Below, in pieces: positions 9,282-19,130 of a DNA stretch of 64,000 nucleotides. The stretch lies in the IMG/VR virus record IMGVR_UViG_2808606532_000002, positions 8,106 through 72,105 of that record; one strand, given 5' to 3'. Both the position numbers and the translations under genes were made by a program. The DNA is from a virus. Its lineage: Duplodnaviria > Caudoviricetes. Numbering within the stretch: position 1 is the stretch's first letter; every line of letters begins with the position of its first letter. Below the pieces are notes generated by a model. That model made no database searches and was not told the DNA's origin. It was given only the letters and a program-made list of their open reading frames with translations.

Positions 9282-11477
9282 ATGGCAAAAACCTATTATT
9301 CTGTATTAACACAATATGGTACACAGCTGATTACCTCCGCTATTGCCCAAAAACAGCCTTTGCAATTATTAAAAATGGCAATTGGTGATGGAAATGGACA
9401 AGCTATCACGCCAGAACCCAGTGCTACAAGATTAGCACGACAAGTTTATAGCAATAATGTTAGTGCAATCTCGGTTGATCCAAGAAATAACAAACAAGTC
9501 ATCTTTGAATTAACCATTCCAGAAACAGAAGGCGGTTTCTGGATTAGAGAAATTGGGCTTTTAGATAATCAAAATAGACTTGTTGCTTATGCAAATTGCC
9601 CAGAAAGTTTTAAACCCACGGTATCAAGCGGTAGTGGTAAGGTGCAAGTTATTCGCTTAATTTTAGCCGTATCATCATCTGATGCTTTTGAATTAAGTGT
9701 AGATAATACGGTTATCTTTGCCAAAACAGGACAGGTTAGCCCGAAAAAAATTGATGCGACCAGCCAAAATACCGTTGATGATAATGGGCATGCTCACGCC
9801 ATTGCACAAGCTAGCACAAGTGAAAAAGGAATTGTGCAACTCACTAACGACACAGGCTTAGACAGCGAAAACCTAGGCTTAACCGCAAAAGCGGGTAAGA
9901 TTTTAGCCCAAGGGATAGCCGCATTAAGGCTTGCGTTAAATAATTACATCCCTAACAGCAAAAAATCCGATGCAACCGATAGCAATAGCTCCGATACAGT
10001 CGCTACATCAAAAGCTGTCAAAGAGGTTAAAGAAATCGCTGAAAGCAAACAATCCCCAGCAACAACCCTAGAAGGCTACGGCATTGCTAATTTTAAAATC
10101 GAACAAAGCACGGGCAATGCCAATGACTATAAAACTGACGGTAATTATTATTTTGCTAGCGGTCAAAATTTGCCAGATAGCAATGCTTGGCATATTGAAG
10201 TGGTAAGCGGTGGACAGGCTAATGCCGTGCGACAAATCGCCAGAAAAGCTAATGACACAAAAATCAAAACCCGCTTTTTTAATGGCTCAAGTTGGAGCTC
10301 TTGGAAAGATACTGGCGGTGATGGCATACCTATTGGGGCTATTGTAGCATTCCCCAAAGAGGTAACTAATCCACAAGGATTTTTGTTAGTAGAGGATTTA
10401 ACATTTAATCCACAAACCTATCCCGATTTATACCGCACTTTAGGCAATAAAAACAAAGTGTCTAATATCAAGCGGTCAGATGTGGGAATGTTGGCGTATT
10501 TTCCAACGGATAATATCTCTGATGGTTGGATTGACTTTGATAGCATTCGCACCACGGTCACACAACAAAATTATCCAGAGCTTTATCAGCATTTAGTGGC
10601 GAAATATGGTTCAATCAATAATGTCCCGTTGGCTGAGGATAGATTTATTCGCAGTGTAGGACGAGGCTTAACAGTTGGACAAATACAGGATGACGAACTG
10701 AAATCTCATACTCACAGATATCCCTTATCTCATCCTGAGTCATCTAATGGTATTAATCAATCCAATTGGACAGATAGCGTAATTAAAACGATAGATATAA
10801 CTTTAGGTAAAGATCCTGAACCATCAGATAACAGATGGGCACGCTCAACACAAGCTGAAGCCTATGAAGGCGGAAGTGAGACTCGCCCTAAGTCAATCGT
10901 ATTTAAGCTCTGCATCAAGGCAAAAAATAGTTTTGATGATGTGCGTTTTTGGATTAAGGCATTTGGCGAAGTAGTCAATATTGGCGAATTAGATGCTGGT
11001 AGATTGGCAGTTAGCATTCAAGAAATACGCAAAGAAAATCAGGTATTGCAACAAACGCTAGAGCAAAAAGGCGAAGAAATCAAAGGAGAGGTTGACTCAC
11101 GTGTTGAGACACGACTGAAAAAGCTTACAACAGACTTAGTCAAAGCAAAACAGCCTGAGGTTGTTTGGAAAGGTAACGCACAACAAAACGACTCAACAAT
11201 AATCACTTTGTCTAAATCAATTACAGACAAAACGGTTATTTTATACTTACAAAATAATGCAAATGCGACAAATTGGTGGCAACAAGGCGAACTTCACTCG
11301 GTAAGTTTTTATTTGGACGGTTGGTTTGCATTAAAAGAAGTAACCGCAAAAAAATATATAAACACAACGGCTCATATTAACGGCTGGAATACTTTCAAAA
11401 TTGAAATAGTAAGCCAAAATCAGATCCGTTTGATTGATATTGGCGGCTTATATTTAAAACAAATCTCAGCAATTTAG
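9282..11477 (+). CDS. H: Tail fibre gpH (P2-type N-terminus, collar domains)
   Basis: GGFWIREIGL N-terminus; GDGIPIGAIVAF collar; ETRPK. Confidence 0.92.
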   Translation: MAKTYYSVLTQYGTQLITSAIAQKQPLQLLKMAIGDGNGQAITPEPSATRLARQVYSNNVSAISVDPRNNKQVIFELTIPETEGGFWIREIGLLDNQNRLVAYANCPESFKPTVSSGSGKVQVIRLILAVSSSDAFELSVDNTVIFAKTGQVSPKKIDATSQNTVDDNGHAHAIAQASTSEKGIVQLTNDTGLDSENLGLTAKAGKILAQGIAALRLALNNYIPNSKKSDATDSNSSDTVATSKAVKEVKEIAESKQSPATTLEGYGIANFKIEQSTGNANDYKTDGNYYFASGQNLPDSNAWHIEVVSGGQANAVRQIARKANDTKIKTRFFNGSSWSSWKDTGGDGIPIGAIVAFPKEVTNPQGFLLVEDLTFNPQTYPDLYRTLGNKNKVSNIKRSDVGMLAYFPTDNISDGWIDFDSIRTTVTQQNYPELYQHLVAKYGSINNVPLAEDRFIRSVGRGLTVGQIQDDELKSHTHRYPLSHPESSNGINQSNWTDSVIKTIDITLGKDPEPSDNRWARSTQAEAYEGGSETRPKSIVFKLCIKAKNSFDDVRFWIKAFGEVVNIGELDAGRLAVSIQEIRKENQVLQQTLEQKGEEIKGEVDSRVETRLKKLTTDLVKAKQPEVVWKGNAQQNDSTIITLSKSITDKTVILYLQNNANATNWWQQGELHSVSFYLDGWFALKEVTAKKYINTTAHINGWNTFKIEIVSQNQIRLIDIGGLYLKQISAI

Positions 11478-11479
11478 GA

Positions 11480-12076
11480 GTGAAAATGAACGTTTATTTT
11501 TTGAAATCAAATCTTAAGCAATATCAAATAGAGCCTATTCCCTCAAACCTTGCGGACTTTGTGGAGACAGAGATGGATTATTCAGACTTAGACCGCTTAC
11601 AGATGATTAAATACCAAGGCGAGTTTATTTTGGTAAAAAAACAGCCTTCTGAATTGCATATTTGGAACGGTAAAGAGTGGATAATTGATAGTGAAACATT
11701 GGCAAAACTCAAAGCCGAACAACAAGCGCAAATGTGGGAGAAAATCAAGCAGCGTCGCTATGATAACGGCTTACGGGGCGTGTATGTAGCACGGGTGGAT
11801 AAGTGGTTCCAAACAGGCGAAGAAGAGAAGACTAAATATTTAGGTTTGGACAAAGTGATTGACAAGCTAGGAAAAATTCAATGGAAGACTTACGACAATT
11901 CTTTTGTTGAATTAGACCGCACTTTGCTTGATGAAATCTTCTTGCAAATGGTTGTCACCGAAAATGCCGACCATATCAACGCAGAAAAGCACAGAATGGC
12001 GATGATGAGCGTAGAAAATCCGCTGGAATATGATTATTCGAGCGGTTGGGCGGAAATCTATGAGGAGGGTAAATAA
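11480..12076 (+). CDS. Tail fibre assembly chaperone (DUF4376-like)
   Basis: Follows H; KWFQT..WKT.DNSFV..NAE.H..P.EYDYS.GW. Confidence 0.8.
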   Translation: MKMNVYFLKSNLKQYQIEPIPSNLADFVETEMDYSDLDRLQMIKYQGEFILVKKQPSELHIWNGKEWIIDSETLAKLKAEQQAQMWEKIKQRRYDNGLRGVYVARVDKWFQTGEEEKTKYLGLDKVIDKLGKIQWKTYDNSFVELDRTLLDEIFLQMVVTENADHINAEKHRMAMMSVENPLEYDYSSGWAEIYEEGK

Positions 12077-12342
12077 TGGAGAAATTAAAAAATTATTTTT
12101 ACCATGTTTTTGTGGGACTTGACCAATTTTTAAATGCAGTCGCTGGCGGTGCCGCAGATGAAACCTTTTCAAGCCGTTGCTATCGTGGTGCAGTTTTAGC
12201 CAAACAGCCTAAAAAGCGTTGGCGATTTTGGTTTCATTTTGTCAATGGTTTGTTTTTTGACAAAAAACATTGCGAAATGGCCTATGAAAGCGAAGTAAAA
12301 AGACGGCAATATCCGCCTGAGTTCTCTAAGGTTGAGGGTTGA
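12076..12342 (+). CDS. Conserved small phage tail-region protein
   Basis: LDQFLNA..GGAADETFSSR motif; near-identical copy at 14131-14394. Confidence 0.8.
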   Translation: MEKLKNYFYHVFVGLDQFLNAVAGGAADETFSSRCYRGAVLAKQPKKRWRFWFHFVNGLFFDKKHCEMAYESEVKRRQYPPEFSKVEG

Positions 12343-12367
12343 AAAAGAAAGAGTAAGGGCATACAAT
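12339..12367 (+). promoter_or_regulatory. Sigma70 promoter for putative antisense antitoxin RNA
   Basis: TTGAAA-17-TACAAT pointing across the - strand peptide ORF. Confidence 0.55.
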
Positions 12368-12411
12368 ATAGGAAAGGGATGAACCGAAGTCCGCCCCTTT
12401 TGGTTGGTTGC

Positions 12412-12486
12412 CTATCTTGCGATAGGGGTATCTGCAGTCAGCAAGCAGATAATGATTAAAATCAGTAGTATTTTAAACCATTTCAC
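12412..12486 (-). CDS. 24-aa hydrophobic peptide, putative type I toxin (Ibs-like)
   Basis: GTG start, MKWFKILLILIIICLLTADTPIAR; AAGGAGGTG SD; TTGAGG-17-TATACT at 12608-12580. Confidence 0.6.
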   Translation of the reverse strand: MKWFKILLILIIICLLTADTPIAR

Positions 12487-12754
12487 ACATAATCACCTCC
12501 TTAGATCAGTAAGATTCGGAGGATGTAGCTAACCCGAGTGCCAGTCGGGTTAACTACAACACCCGACCAACCGTTTAGTAGTATAACAAAAGCCGCCTAG
12601 TACCTCAATGTACGGGCGGTTTTGCTTTTATAGGCTATCTTTCTGTACTGTAAATTCCCTTTTCACATCTCCAGCAAATAGACCACACTTTGCGAACCTT
12701 GCAAAATATCCAAGATTTAACCTAAACCGAAGATTTAACCAAAAGGATCTGATT

Positions 12755-13936
12755 ATGGATTATTTACATGGTGTTCGAGTTATCGAAATTAATGAAGGTA
12801 CTCGCACAATCAAAACCGTTGCTACTGCGGTTATTGGAGTCGTTTGTACTGCCAATGATGCCGATGCACAAACATTCCCTCTTAATACACCCGTCTTACT
12901 TACTAATCCTTTAAACGCTATTGGCAAAGCAGGTAAACAAGGTACCTTAGCGAAAACCCTTGAGGCAATTAGTGACCAAGTGAATACCTTGACTGTTGTT
13001 GTGCGCGTGGAGCAAGGCGATGACGAAAGTGATGAAGGTGCACAAACAACAGCGAATATTATCGGTACGGTCACAGAACAAGGGCAATACACTGGCATGA
13101 AAGCCTTATTAGTTGCGCAAAGTAAAGTTGGGGTAAAACCTCGTATTCTGGGCGTGCCTTATCTTGATAACAAAAATGTGGCGACGGAATTAGCTAGCAT
13201 AGCGAAAAAACTCAATGCTTTTGCTTATATCTCTGCGCATGGTTGTGCAACTAAAGAACAAGCGGTGCAATATCAAAAAGGGTTTGGGCAACGTGAAGTC
13301 ATGGTTATTCATGGAGATTTCTTAGCCTTTGATGTCAATAGCAAACAAGTTAAAGAAGAAAGTGCGGTTGCTCGTGCTTTAGGTTTGCGTGCTTATTTAG
13401 ATAAAACAGTAGGCTGGCATAAAACTATTTCTAACGTGGTTGTCGAAGGGGTTAGCGGTGTAAGTCGTGATATTACCTTTGATATTCAAGATACCAGTAC
13501 CGATGCAAACTATCTAAACGAAAATAAAATTACCGTGCCAATTAATTTTAATGGCTATCGTTTATGGGGTTCTCGTACTTGTTCTGATGACCCGTTATTC
13601 CAGTTTGAAAACTATACCCGAACCGCTCAGATTTTGCGTGATACGATTGCAGATGCGCACGCTTGGGCAATTGATAAACCGATGACACCGACATTAGTCA
13701 AAGACATTATCGAAGGGGTAAATGCAAAATTCCGTGAGCTTGTGGCGTTGGGCTATATTGTTGATGCAAATTGTTGGTATGACGCGGAAATCAATACCAA
13801 AGATACTTTAAAAGCCGGTAATTTGTATATCGATTATGACTATACGCCTGTGCCGCCTTTAGAAAACTTAAATTTCCGTCAACGTATTACTGACCGTTAT
13901 TTAACTGAATTTGCTGCCAAAGTAGCGGCAGCCTAG
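12755..13936 (+). CDS. FI: Tail sheath FI
   Basis: YLHGVRVIE, GWHKTISN, WGSRTCSDDPLFQFE, DYDYTPVPPLE. Confidence 0.96.
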   Translation: MDYLHGVRVIEINEGTRTIKTVATAVIGVVCTANDADAQTFPLNTPVLLTNPLNAIGKAGKQGTLAKTLEAISDQVNTLTVVVRVEQGDDESDEGAQTTANIIGTVTEQGQYTGMKALLVAQSKVGVKPRILGVPYLDNKNVATELASIAKKLNAFAYISAHGCATKEQAVQYQKGFGQREVMVIHGDFLAFDVNSKQVKEESAVARALGLRAYLDKTVGWHKTISNVVVEGVSGVSRDITFDIQDTSTDANYLNENKITVPINFNGYRLWGSRTCSDDPLFQFENYTRTAQILRDTIADAHAWAIDKPMTPTLVKDIIEGVNAKFRELVALGYIVDANCWYDAEINTKDTLKAGNLYIDYDYTPVPPLENLNFRQRITDRYLTEFAAKVAAA

Positions 13937-13946
13937 GAGATAAAAC

Positions 13947-14084
13947 ATGTCTTTACCGAATAAATTAAAATTGATGCATTTACATCAAGATGGCCACAGT
14001 TATTTAGGGCAAGTTAACGAGGTTACTCGCCCGAAACTTGCGATTAAAGCTGAAAGTTATCGTGCTGGCGATATGTTAGGCGGA
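13947..14084 (+). pseudogene. FII: Tail tube FII, truncated after ~46 codons
   Basis: MSLPNKLK...YLGQV.EVT.PKL...YRAG.M.G then unrelated sequence. Confidence 0.85.
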
Positions 14085-14130
14085 ACCGCCCTTCAATTCA
14101 ATCTAAAGAGCGACTTGTTTTGTTATTCAT

Positions 14131-14394
14131 CTAGGATATCTTAGAAAACTCAGGCGGATATTGTCGTCTTTTTACTTCGCTTTCATAGGCTGTTTCACAA
14201 TGTTTTTTATCAAAAAACAAACCATTGACAAGATGAAACCAAAATCGCCAACGCTTTTTAGGCTGTTTGGCTAAAACTGCACCACGATAGCAACGGCTTG
14301 AAAAGGTTTCATCTGCGGCACCGCCAGCGACTGCATTTAAAAATTGGTCAAGTCCCACAAAAACATGGTAAAAATAATTTTTTAATTTCTCCAT
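14131..14394 (-). CDS. Conserved small phage tail-region protein (copy 2)
   Basis: Near-identical to 12076-12342. Confidence 0.8.
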   Translation of the reverse strand: MEKLKNYFYHVFVGLDQFLNAVAGGAADETFSSRCYRGAVLAKQPKKRWRFWFHLVNGLFFDKKHCETAYESEVKRRQYPPEFSKIS

Positions 14395-14996
14395 TATTTA
14401 CCCTCCTCATAAATTTCCGCCCAACCGCTTGAATAATCATATTCCAGCGGATTTTCTACGCTCATCATCGCCATTCTGTGCTTTTCTGCGTTGATATGGT
14501 CGGCATTTTCGGTGACAACCATTTGCAAGAAGATTTCATCAAGCAAAGTGCGGTTCATTTTGACGAAAGAATTATCTGCACATTTCCAATCAATCTCGCC
14601 TAGCTTGTCAATGACCTTATCTAAGCCTAGGTATTTTGTTTTCTCTTCTTCGCCTGTCTGAAACCATTTTCCGACCCGTGCGATATAAACCCCGCCTAAG
14701 CCATTTTCATAGCGTTTTCGTTTTATTAGTTCCCAAACTTGCGCCTGTTGGTCGGTTTTGAGTTGGGCTTGATGCTCTTTTGAAATCACCCATTGCCCAT
14801 TCTCAAAATGATGTAAAGGGCTAGGCTGCGGTTCAGCAAGTTGCGGATAGCCTTTTTCGTCCGTGACGATTTGTTTGCCTTCTGATTGTCCTTCCAATAA
14901 AGTGCGGTATAAATCTTCGGAGATTTCCACCGCATTTTCGGGAATTTGCTCGTGAATATCGCTGATATAAAATCCGTCTTTAAAATAAATTGTCAT
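14394..14996 (-). CDS. Tail fibre assembly chaperone (DUF4376-like C-terminus)
   Basis: IPENAVEIS..Y..LLEGQS.GKQI...GYP N-terminus; C-terminus shared with 11480-12076. Confidence 0.82.
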   Translation of the reverse strand: MTIYFKDGFYISDIHEQIPENAVEISEDLYRTLLEGQSEGKQIVTDEKGYPQLAEPQPSPLHHFENGQWVISKEHQAQLKTDQQAQVWELIKRKRYENGLGGVYIARVGKWFQTGEEEKTKYLGLDKVIDKLGEIDWKCADNSFVKMNRTLLDEIFLQMVVTENADHINAEKHRMAMMSVENPLEYDYSSGWAEIYEEGK

Positions 14997-15007
14997 CTCA
15001 TCGCTCC

Positions 15008-17035
15008 CTATTTCCATCTACCAATTCCAATAATATTTACTTGTAGATTATTGGTGTTATATGAACCTTCGAAAAGCCAATATTTCACTTTTGCATTAGT
15101 AGTCCCACTTTTATTAAAAGTAATCCAGCAATCCCTAACTTCATCTAATTCTGAATGTACAGTTCCACTTAATACTGGAGTAGAGACAAATGTTTGTGCC
15201 CAATTAAAAGTAAATCCCAAAACATTATTATTATGATTTGCTACTTGATTGCTTCTATAAGTTTGAATCATCGTCCCATCTGGGAACTTATAGATTTCAA
15301 AATTAGCTATTTTTTGATAACTGAACGCTGCATTTATTAATTGATTTGTAGTTTGATTAAAGTTTGTGATTTGACTCGTGGTATGGGTATGATTTGCATC
15401 AGCTTTACCTTGCAACTCTTGTGCTAATCGACTTGCATCTAATTCCCCAACATTTGCCACTTCGCCAAAAGCCTTAATCCAGAACTTAACATCATCAAAG
15501 GTATTTTTTGCCTTTATACATAGTTTAAAAGCAATGGATTTAGGGCGTGCAACCCCCACCAAATGACCTGTTGAGTTCGGGTTTTGTGCCGCTGGGGATA
15601 AGTCTTCATTTTTATTTTTTGGTACCCACTCACCCTGTGCCCAGCCTAAGCCCGCATCATAAGATGACATTTCGTTTGCATTGATAATATCCAATCCGAC
15701 TTTATTTGCGGTCTCTGCATAGCTAGCACCTATTGTTTTAACATAAGGCGAAAAAGGCGCACCGCCATCGGTTGAGTCTGCGGCAATTAATGAGCCTGTT
15801 TGCTTCTGCCCAACCGCTAAACTGCCATGCGCATTACGAATAAATCTATCCTCAGCCAACGGGACATTATTAATTGAGCCGTATTTATCCACTAAATGCT
15901 GATAAAGCTCTGGATAATTTTGTTGTGTGACCGTGGTGCGAATGCTATCAAAGTCAATCCAACCATCAGGGATATTATCCGTTGGAAAATACGCCAACAT
16001 CCCCACATCTGACCGCTTGATATTAGACACTTTGTTTTTATTGCCTAAAGTGCGGTATAAATCGGGATAGGTTTGTGGATTAAATGTTAAATCCTCTACT
16101 AACAAAAATCCTTGTGGATTAGTTACCTCTTTGGGGAATGCTACAATAGCCCCAATAGGTATGCCATCACCGCCTGTATCTTTCCAAGAGGTCCAACTTG
16201 AGCCATTAAAAAAGCGGGTTTTGATTTTTGTGTCATTAGCTTTTCTGGCGATTTGTCGCACGGCATTAGCCTGTCCACCGCTTACCACTTCAATATGCCA
16301 AGCATTGCTATCTGGCAAATTTTGACCGCTAGCAAAATAATAATTACCGTCCGTTTTATAGTCATTGGCATTGCCTGTACCTTGTTCAATTTTAAAGTTA
16401 GTAATGCCGTAGCCAGCTAATGTATCTGCTGGGGATTGTTTGCTTTCGGCAATATCTTTAACCTCTTTGACGGCTTTTGATGTAGCGACTGTATCGGAGC
16501 TATTGCTATCGGTTGCGTCGGATTTTTTGCTATTAGGAATGCGGTCATTAAGGCTACGAGAGTTGCTATCTATTAAGGCTTTTAATAAATAAGCTGTTTT
16601 AGGCGTTAAAGCTAAATCTTCTCTCTGGCTGTCATAGCCTGTGTAAAGTTGTGCTAAGCCTTTTTGTGATAAGGTGGCGTACGGAATTTCGTCTAATGCA
16701 AAGCCCCAACGAACCCAATAAGCAGAATCAGGAGTATCTGGTTGATGATTGGTGTTTTGTTGCAAACTGCGGTAGGTTTTACCGTTATATTGCACATAAG
16801 CACCTTGTGGGTATTCTAATGTTGATGACCATTCTGCTAGACCTCGTTGAGCAAGGTAAAGCATGTGTTCATCAATGCGTTTGAATAATCCGTTGAACCA
16901 TTCCATCGGAGGAATGCCTGCGGTTTGCTCAAAGCTAATCCCCCAACCTCTGGCAATATTGGGGAAATTTTCGGTTTCTCTTGGTTTTGCTTGGCTAGCA
17001 AAGACCTTTTCATCTAATTTGTTGTAAACTGTCAT
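15008..17035 (-). CDS. Tail fibre protein
   Basis: PPMEWFN N-terminus, collar domains, C-terminal KFPDGTMIQ domain. Confidence 0.9.
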   Translation of the reverse strand: MTVYNKLDEKVFASQAKPRETENFPNIARGWGISFEQTAGIPPMEWFNGLFKRIDEHMLYLAQRGLAEWSSTLEYPQGAYVQYNGKTYRSLQQNTNHQPDTPDSAYWVRWGFALDEIPYATLSQKGLAQLYTGYDSQREDLALTPKTAYLLKALIDSNSRSLNDRIPNSKKSDATDSNSSDTVATSKAVKEVKDIAESKQSPADTLAGYGITNFKIEQGTGNANDYKTDGNYYFASGQNLPDSNAWHIEVVSGGQANAVRQIARKANDTKIKTRFFNGSSWTSWKDTGGDGIPIGAIVAFPKEVTNPQGFLLVEDLTFNPQTYPDLYRTLGNKNKVSNIKRSDVGMLAYFPTDNIPDGWIDFDSIRTTVTQQNYPELYQHLVDKYGSINNVPLAEDRFIRNAHGSLAVGQKQTGSLIAADSTDGGAPFSPYVKTIGASYAETANKVGLDIINANEMSSYDAGLGWAQGEWVPKNKNEDLSPAAQNPNSTGHLVGVARPKSIAFKLCIKAKNTFDDVKFWIKAFGEVANVGELDASRLAQELQGKADANHTHTTSQITNFNQTTNQLINAAFSYQKIANFEIYKFPDGTMIQTYRSNQVANHNNNVLGFTFNWAQTFVSTPVLSGTVHSELDEVRDCWITFNKSGTTNAKVKYWLFEGSYNTNNLQVNIIGIGRWK

Positions 17036-17044
17036 AAAGATACC

Positions 17045-17620
17045 TTATTGAATTTCATAGTGGATTTTAACCCCAGCTTGATGGGGTAAAATATCGAGGT
17101 GATCGACCGCAAACTGCTTGAATTGCGTGATATGTTTTCGTGGGATTTGTACAGTAACGGTCATATTGTAGTTATCAATAACAATGCTCTCGTTGCCAAA
17201 AATAAAATGGCACGCTTCAATGATGTTATCTAGCGTGCCCGTTTGGTAGTTTTTTAAAATTCGGCATTTAATCAGAAAGCGATAATCTTCATCACTTAAT
17301 CTTACCGAGTCAGAAAGCGGATCGCGTTTTCGATACCATTCTCCGCCACCTTTTCGCTGTTTGCCAAAACTGAGGGTGTGCGGAGAACCTCTAAATCCGA
17401 AAAATTTACGCAGTTGGTAGCCGTTGATTACCCTGAATTGCCCTACATGCTTACCAACAAGATCGAGTTGATGTCCTGTTGCCTGATCAATATTAAGTAC
17501 GTTCTGCAGGTGATATAAATCAATAAACCCCTGCGTGAGAACTCGCTCAATGAGTTGGCAAGTGGATAAGGCTTTGGGCTTGTGTCGATATTGCCAAATT
17601 AATAAATCTGCATATGCCAT
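17045..17620 (-). CDS. Baseplate wedge protein (DUF2612-like)
   Basis: LIWQYR.KPKA, ATGHQLDLVG, LSDEDYR. Confidence 0.82.
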   Translation of the reverse strand: MAYADLLIWQYRHKPKALSTCQLIERVLTQGFIDLYHLQNVLNIDQATGHQLDLVGKHVGQFRVINGYQLRKFFGFRGSPHTLSFGKQRKGGGEWYRKRDPLSDSVRLSDEDYRFLIKCRILKNYQTGTLDNIIEACHFIFGNESIVIDNYNMTVTVQIPRKHITQFKQFAVDHLDILPHQAGVKIHYEIQ

Positions 17621-18765
17621 TATTCCACCTCGATGTGAATATCACCGTTTAAAATCCGAGCTAGTTCTCTAGGCTGAATAGGAATATTAGCCGCTTGGCG
17701 AGATTGTCCTTTTTTAGCGATTTTTAAGGTTTTTACCCAGAACCCACCAACCGTATTAATCGGGGAATAAAGCCTTGAAAGTGAAATGAACTGACCGATT
17801 TTGAATTGAAGTGCGGTTAAAATTCGCTTGATTTCGTCTTTATCTATTTCGGTAAAATCTTCGTATCGAACGAGGGTCATTTCAATCTCTACATCGACAG
17901 GTGTAGGGCGGTCAAAACGGATTTCTCTTTGTCTGCCAAATCGATTTAAGATAACAGTCTGCCGACCTTGCAAGCCCACACCCGCTCCTTTGTTGTTGTA
18001 AATCATCTGAGCGATTTGATTATCATCACCGCCATCAACAATAACATTTAAGCTATGTGCTTCAACGCCAAACTTATCTGTTTTGTTTGTATTATTTTCT
18101 AGCACGACAACTTGTTTTACATCGGCAAGATCGCTGATTTCGCCTTCGATAGCTTCTGCTGAGTTTTTGGCATTTTTCGCTCGGCTTTTAACAAAACGCT
18201 GTCTTAATTCAATATCAGTTTCTTCTTCTGTGCCAAGTTCAGATTGCGTGCTTGTTGTGGCATTATTTAAACCTAGTGTCACTGTTTCGATATTAAGCTG
18301 AGTAGATGATTGAACGGGGTATGCACCTAATAATTCACTTCTGAAATCTGCTCGCGCAGAGCCACTTTCATTGAGTTGAGTAGGGCGGATTAACTGCCAT
18401 CTGATTTTATTAGGGTCAGATAAGGTAAGTTGATGAATTTCGGTGTGTGGATCTCCCGTTAAAATAACCGACCTTAAATAACTGTAGCTGGCTTGGCGGC
18501 GAATAAGTCCAGCATAGGCGACACGCTGCTCTAGCCAAGCTCCCGTGGCTAAATCAGGATCTAATTGCTTGTAAACCATCTCTGCCAACTCTTCGTAATC
18601 GGCTCGGATTTGAGCGATTAGCCCTATCATCTGCCCATCAGGGGTATCAGGGGCAATATTAATATTTTGTCCGTAGATTTTTTTAAAGCCTTGTTCCAAG
18701 GTTAAAACAATCTGATCTAAACGTTCGATAATAATGCCATTATCGGTTAGGGTTGCCATTATCAC
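17620..18765 (-). CDS. Baseplate J/gp47 family
   Basis: TPDGQMIG, EETDIELRQR. Confidence 0.88.
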   Translation of the reverse strand: MIMATLTDNGIIIERLDQIVLTLEQGFKKIYGQNINIAPDTPDGQMIGLIAQIRADYEELAEMVYKQLDPDLATGAWLEQRVAYAGLIRRQASYSYLRSVILTGDPHTEIHQLTLSDPNKIRWQLIRPTQLNESGSARADFRSELLGAYPVQSSTQLNIETVTLGLNNATTSTQSELGTEEETDIELRQRFVKSRAKNAKNSAEAIEGEISDLADVKQVVVLENNTNKTDKFGVEAHSLNVIVDGGDDNQIAQMIYNNKGAGVGLQGRQTVILNRFGRQREIRFDRPTPVDVEIEMTLVRYEDFTEIDKDEIKRILTALQFKIGQFISLSRLYSPINTVGGFWVKTLKIAKKGQSRQAANIPIQPRELARILNGDIHIEVE

Positions 18766-19117
18766 CTCCTATATAGCGACCTTGATGCATATTTTGGTAA
18801 ATATCCTCATACTCAATTTGAATGTTCAGCTGTCGAGTATTTGGATCTAAAAAGGCGTGGTAATTTGTTATTTTCACCACGCCTTCAGTCTCTAAAACTT
18901 GCCGCTTAATTCGTATTTCAAGTTGTTCTAAATCCCCATTTCGCCCCATCTCTTCCAGCCAAGGCAAGCCATGCTCTAAATTTAAAAACCAGTCTTTTTC
19001 AAAAGACCAGAGTCTTGTTTGTACATTCTGAGCGATAGCTTCAGACTCGGTAGCATAACTGTTAAAACCTTGCCCGAATGTCCAGTCGTGATTTTTGTCT
19101 AAGCGTCTTACTTTCAT
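18740..19117 (-). CDS. Baseplate wedge subunit
   Basis: RRLD...DWTFG, WFL...GLPW; position. Confidence 0.75.
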   Translation of the reverse strand: MKVRRLDKNHDWTFGQGFNSYATESEAIAQNVQTRLWSFEKDWFLNLEHGLPWLEEMGRNGDLEQLEIRIKRQVLETEGVVKITNYHAFLDPNTRQLNIQIEYEDIYQNMHQGRYIGGDNGNPNR

Positions 19118-19130
19118 TTTTCACCTCAAA

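Larger units (their letters stand above)
1..14084 (+). mobile_element. P2-like prophage, tail region (partial, probably defective)
   Basis: Contiguous homologues of P2 R, S, T, V, W, J, I, H, G, FI; T frameshifted; FII truncated at ~14084. Confidence 0.92.
9948..16540. repeat. Nested inverted repeats between the two phages: ~9948-10650 vs ~15837-16540 and ~11915-12330 vs ~14140-14555
   Basis: Near-identical tail-fibre cores and near-identical chaperone C-terminus + 88/87-aa gene on opposite strands. Confidence 0.92.

Noticed and set aside
12608-12754. 49-aa N-terminal extension of FI
   Set aside because: Family start MDYLHG with AAGGA SD is at 12755; the upstream part covers a hairpin and promoter region
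9948-16540. Diversity-generating retroelement acting on tail fibres
   Set aside because: No reverse transcriptase; differences between copies are not adenine-specific and many are synonymous
9282-17035. Classical Gin/Cin/Rci invertible segment
   Set aside because: No invertase nearby; the repeats are hundreds of bp of coding homology, not short crossover sites
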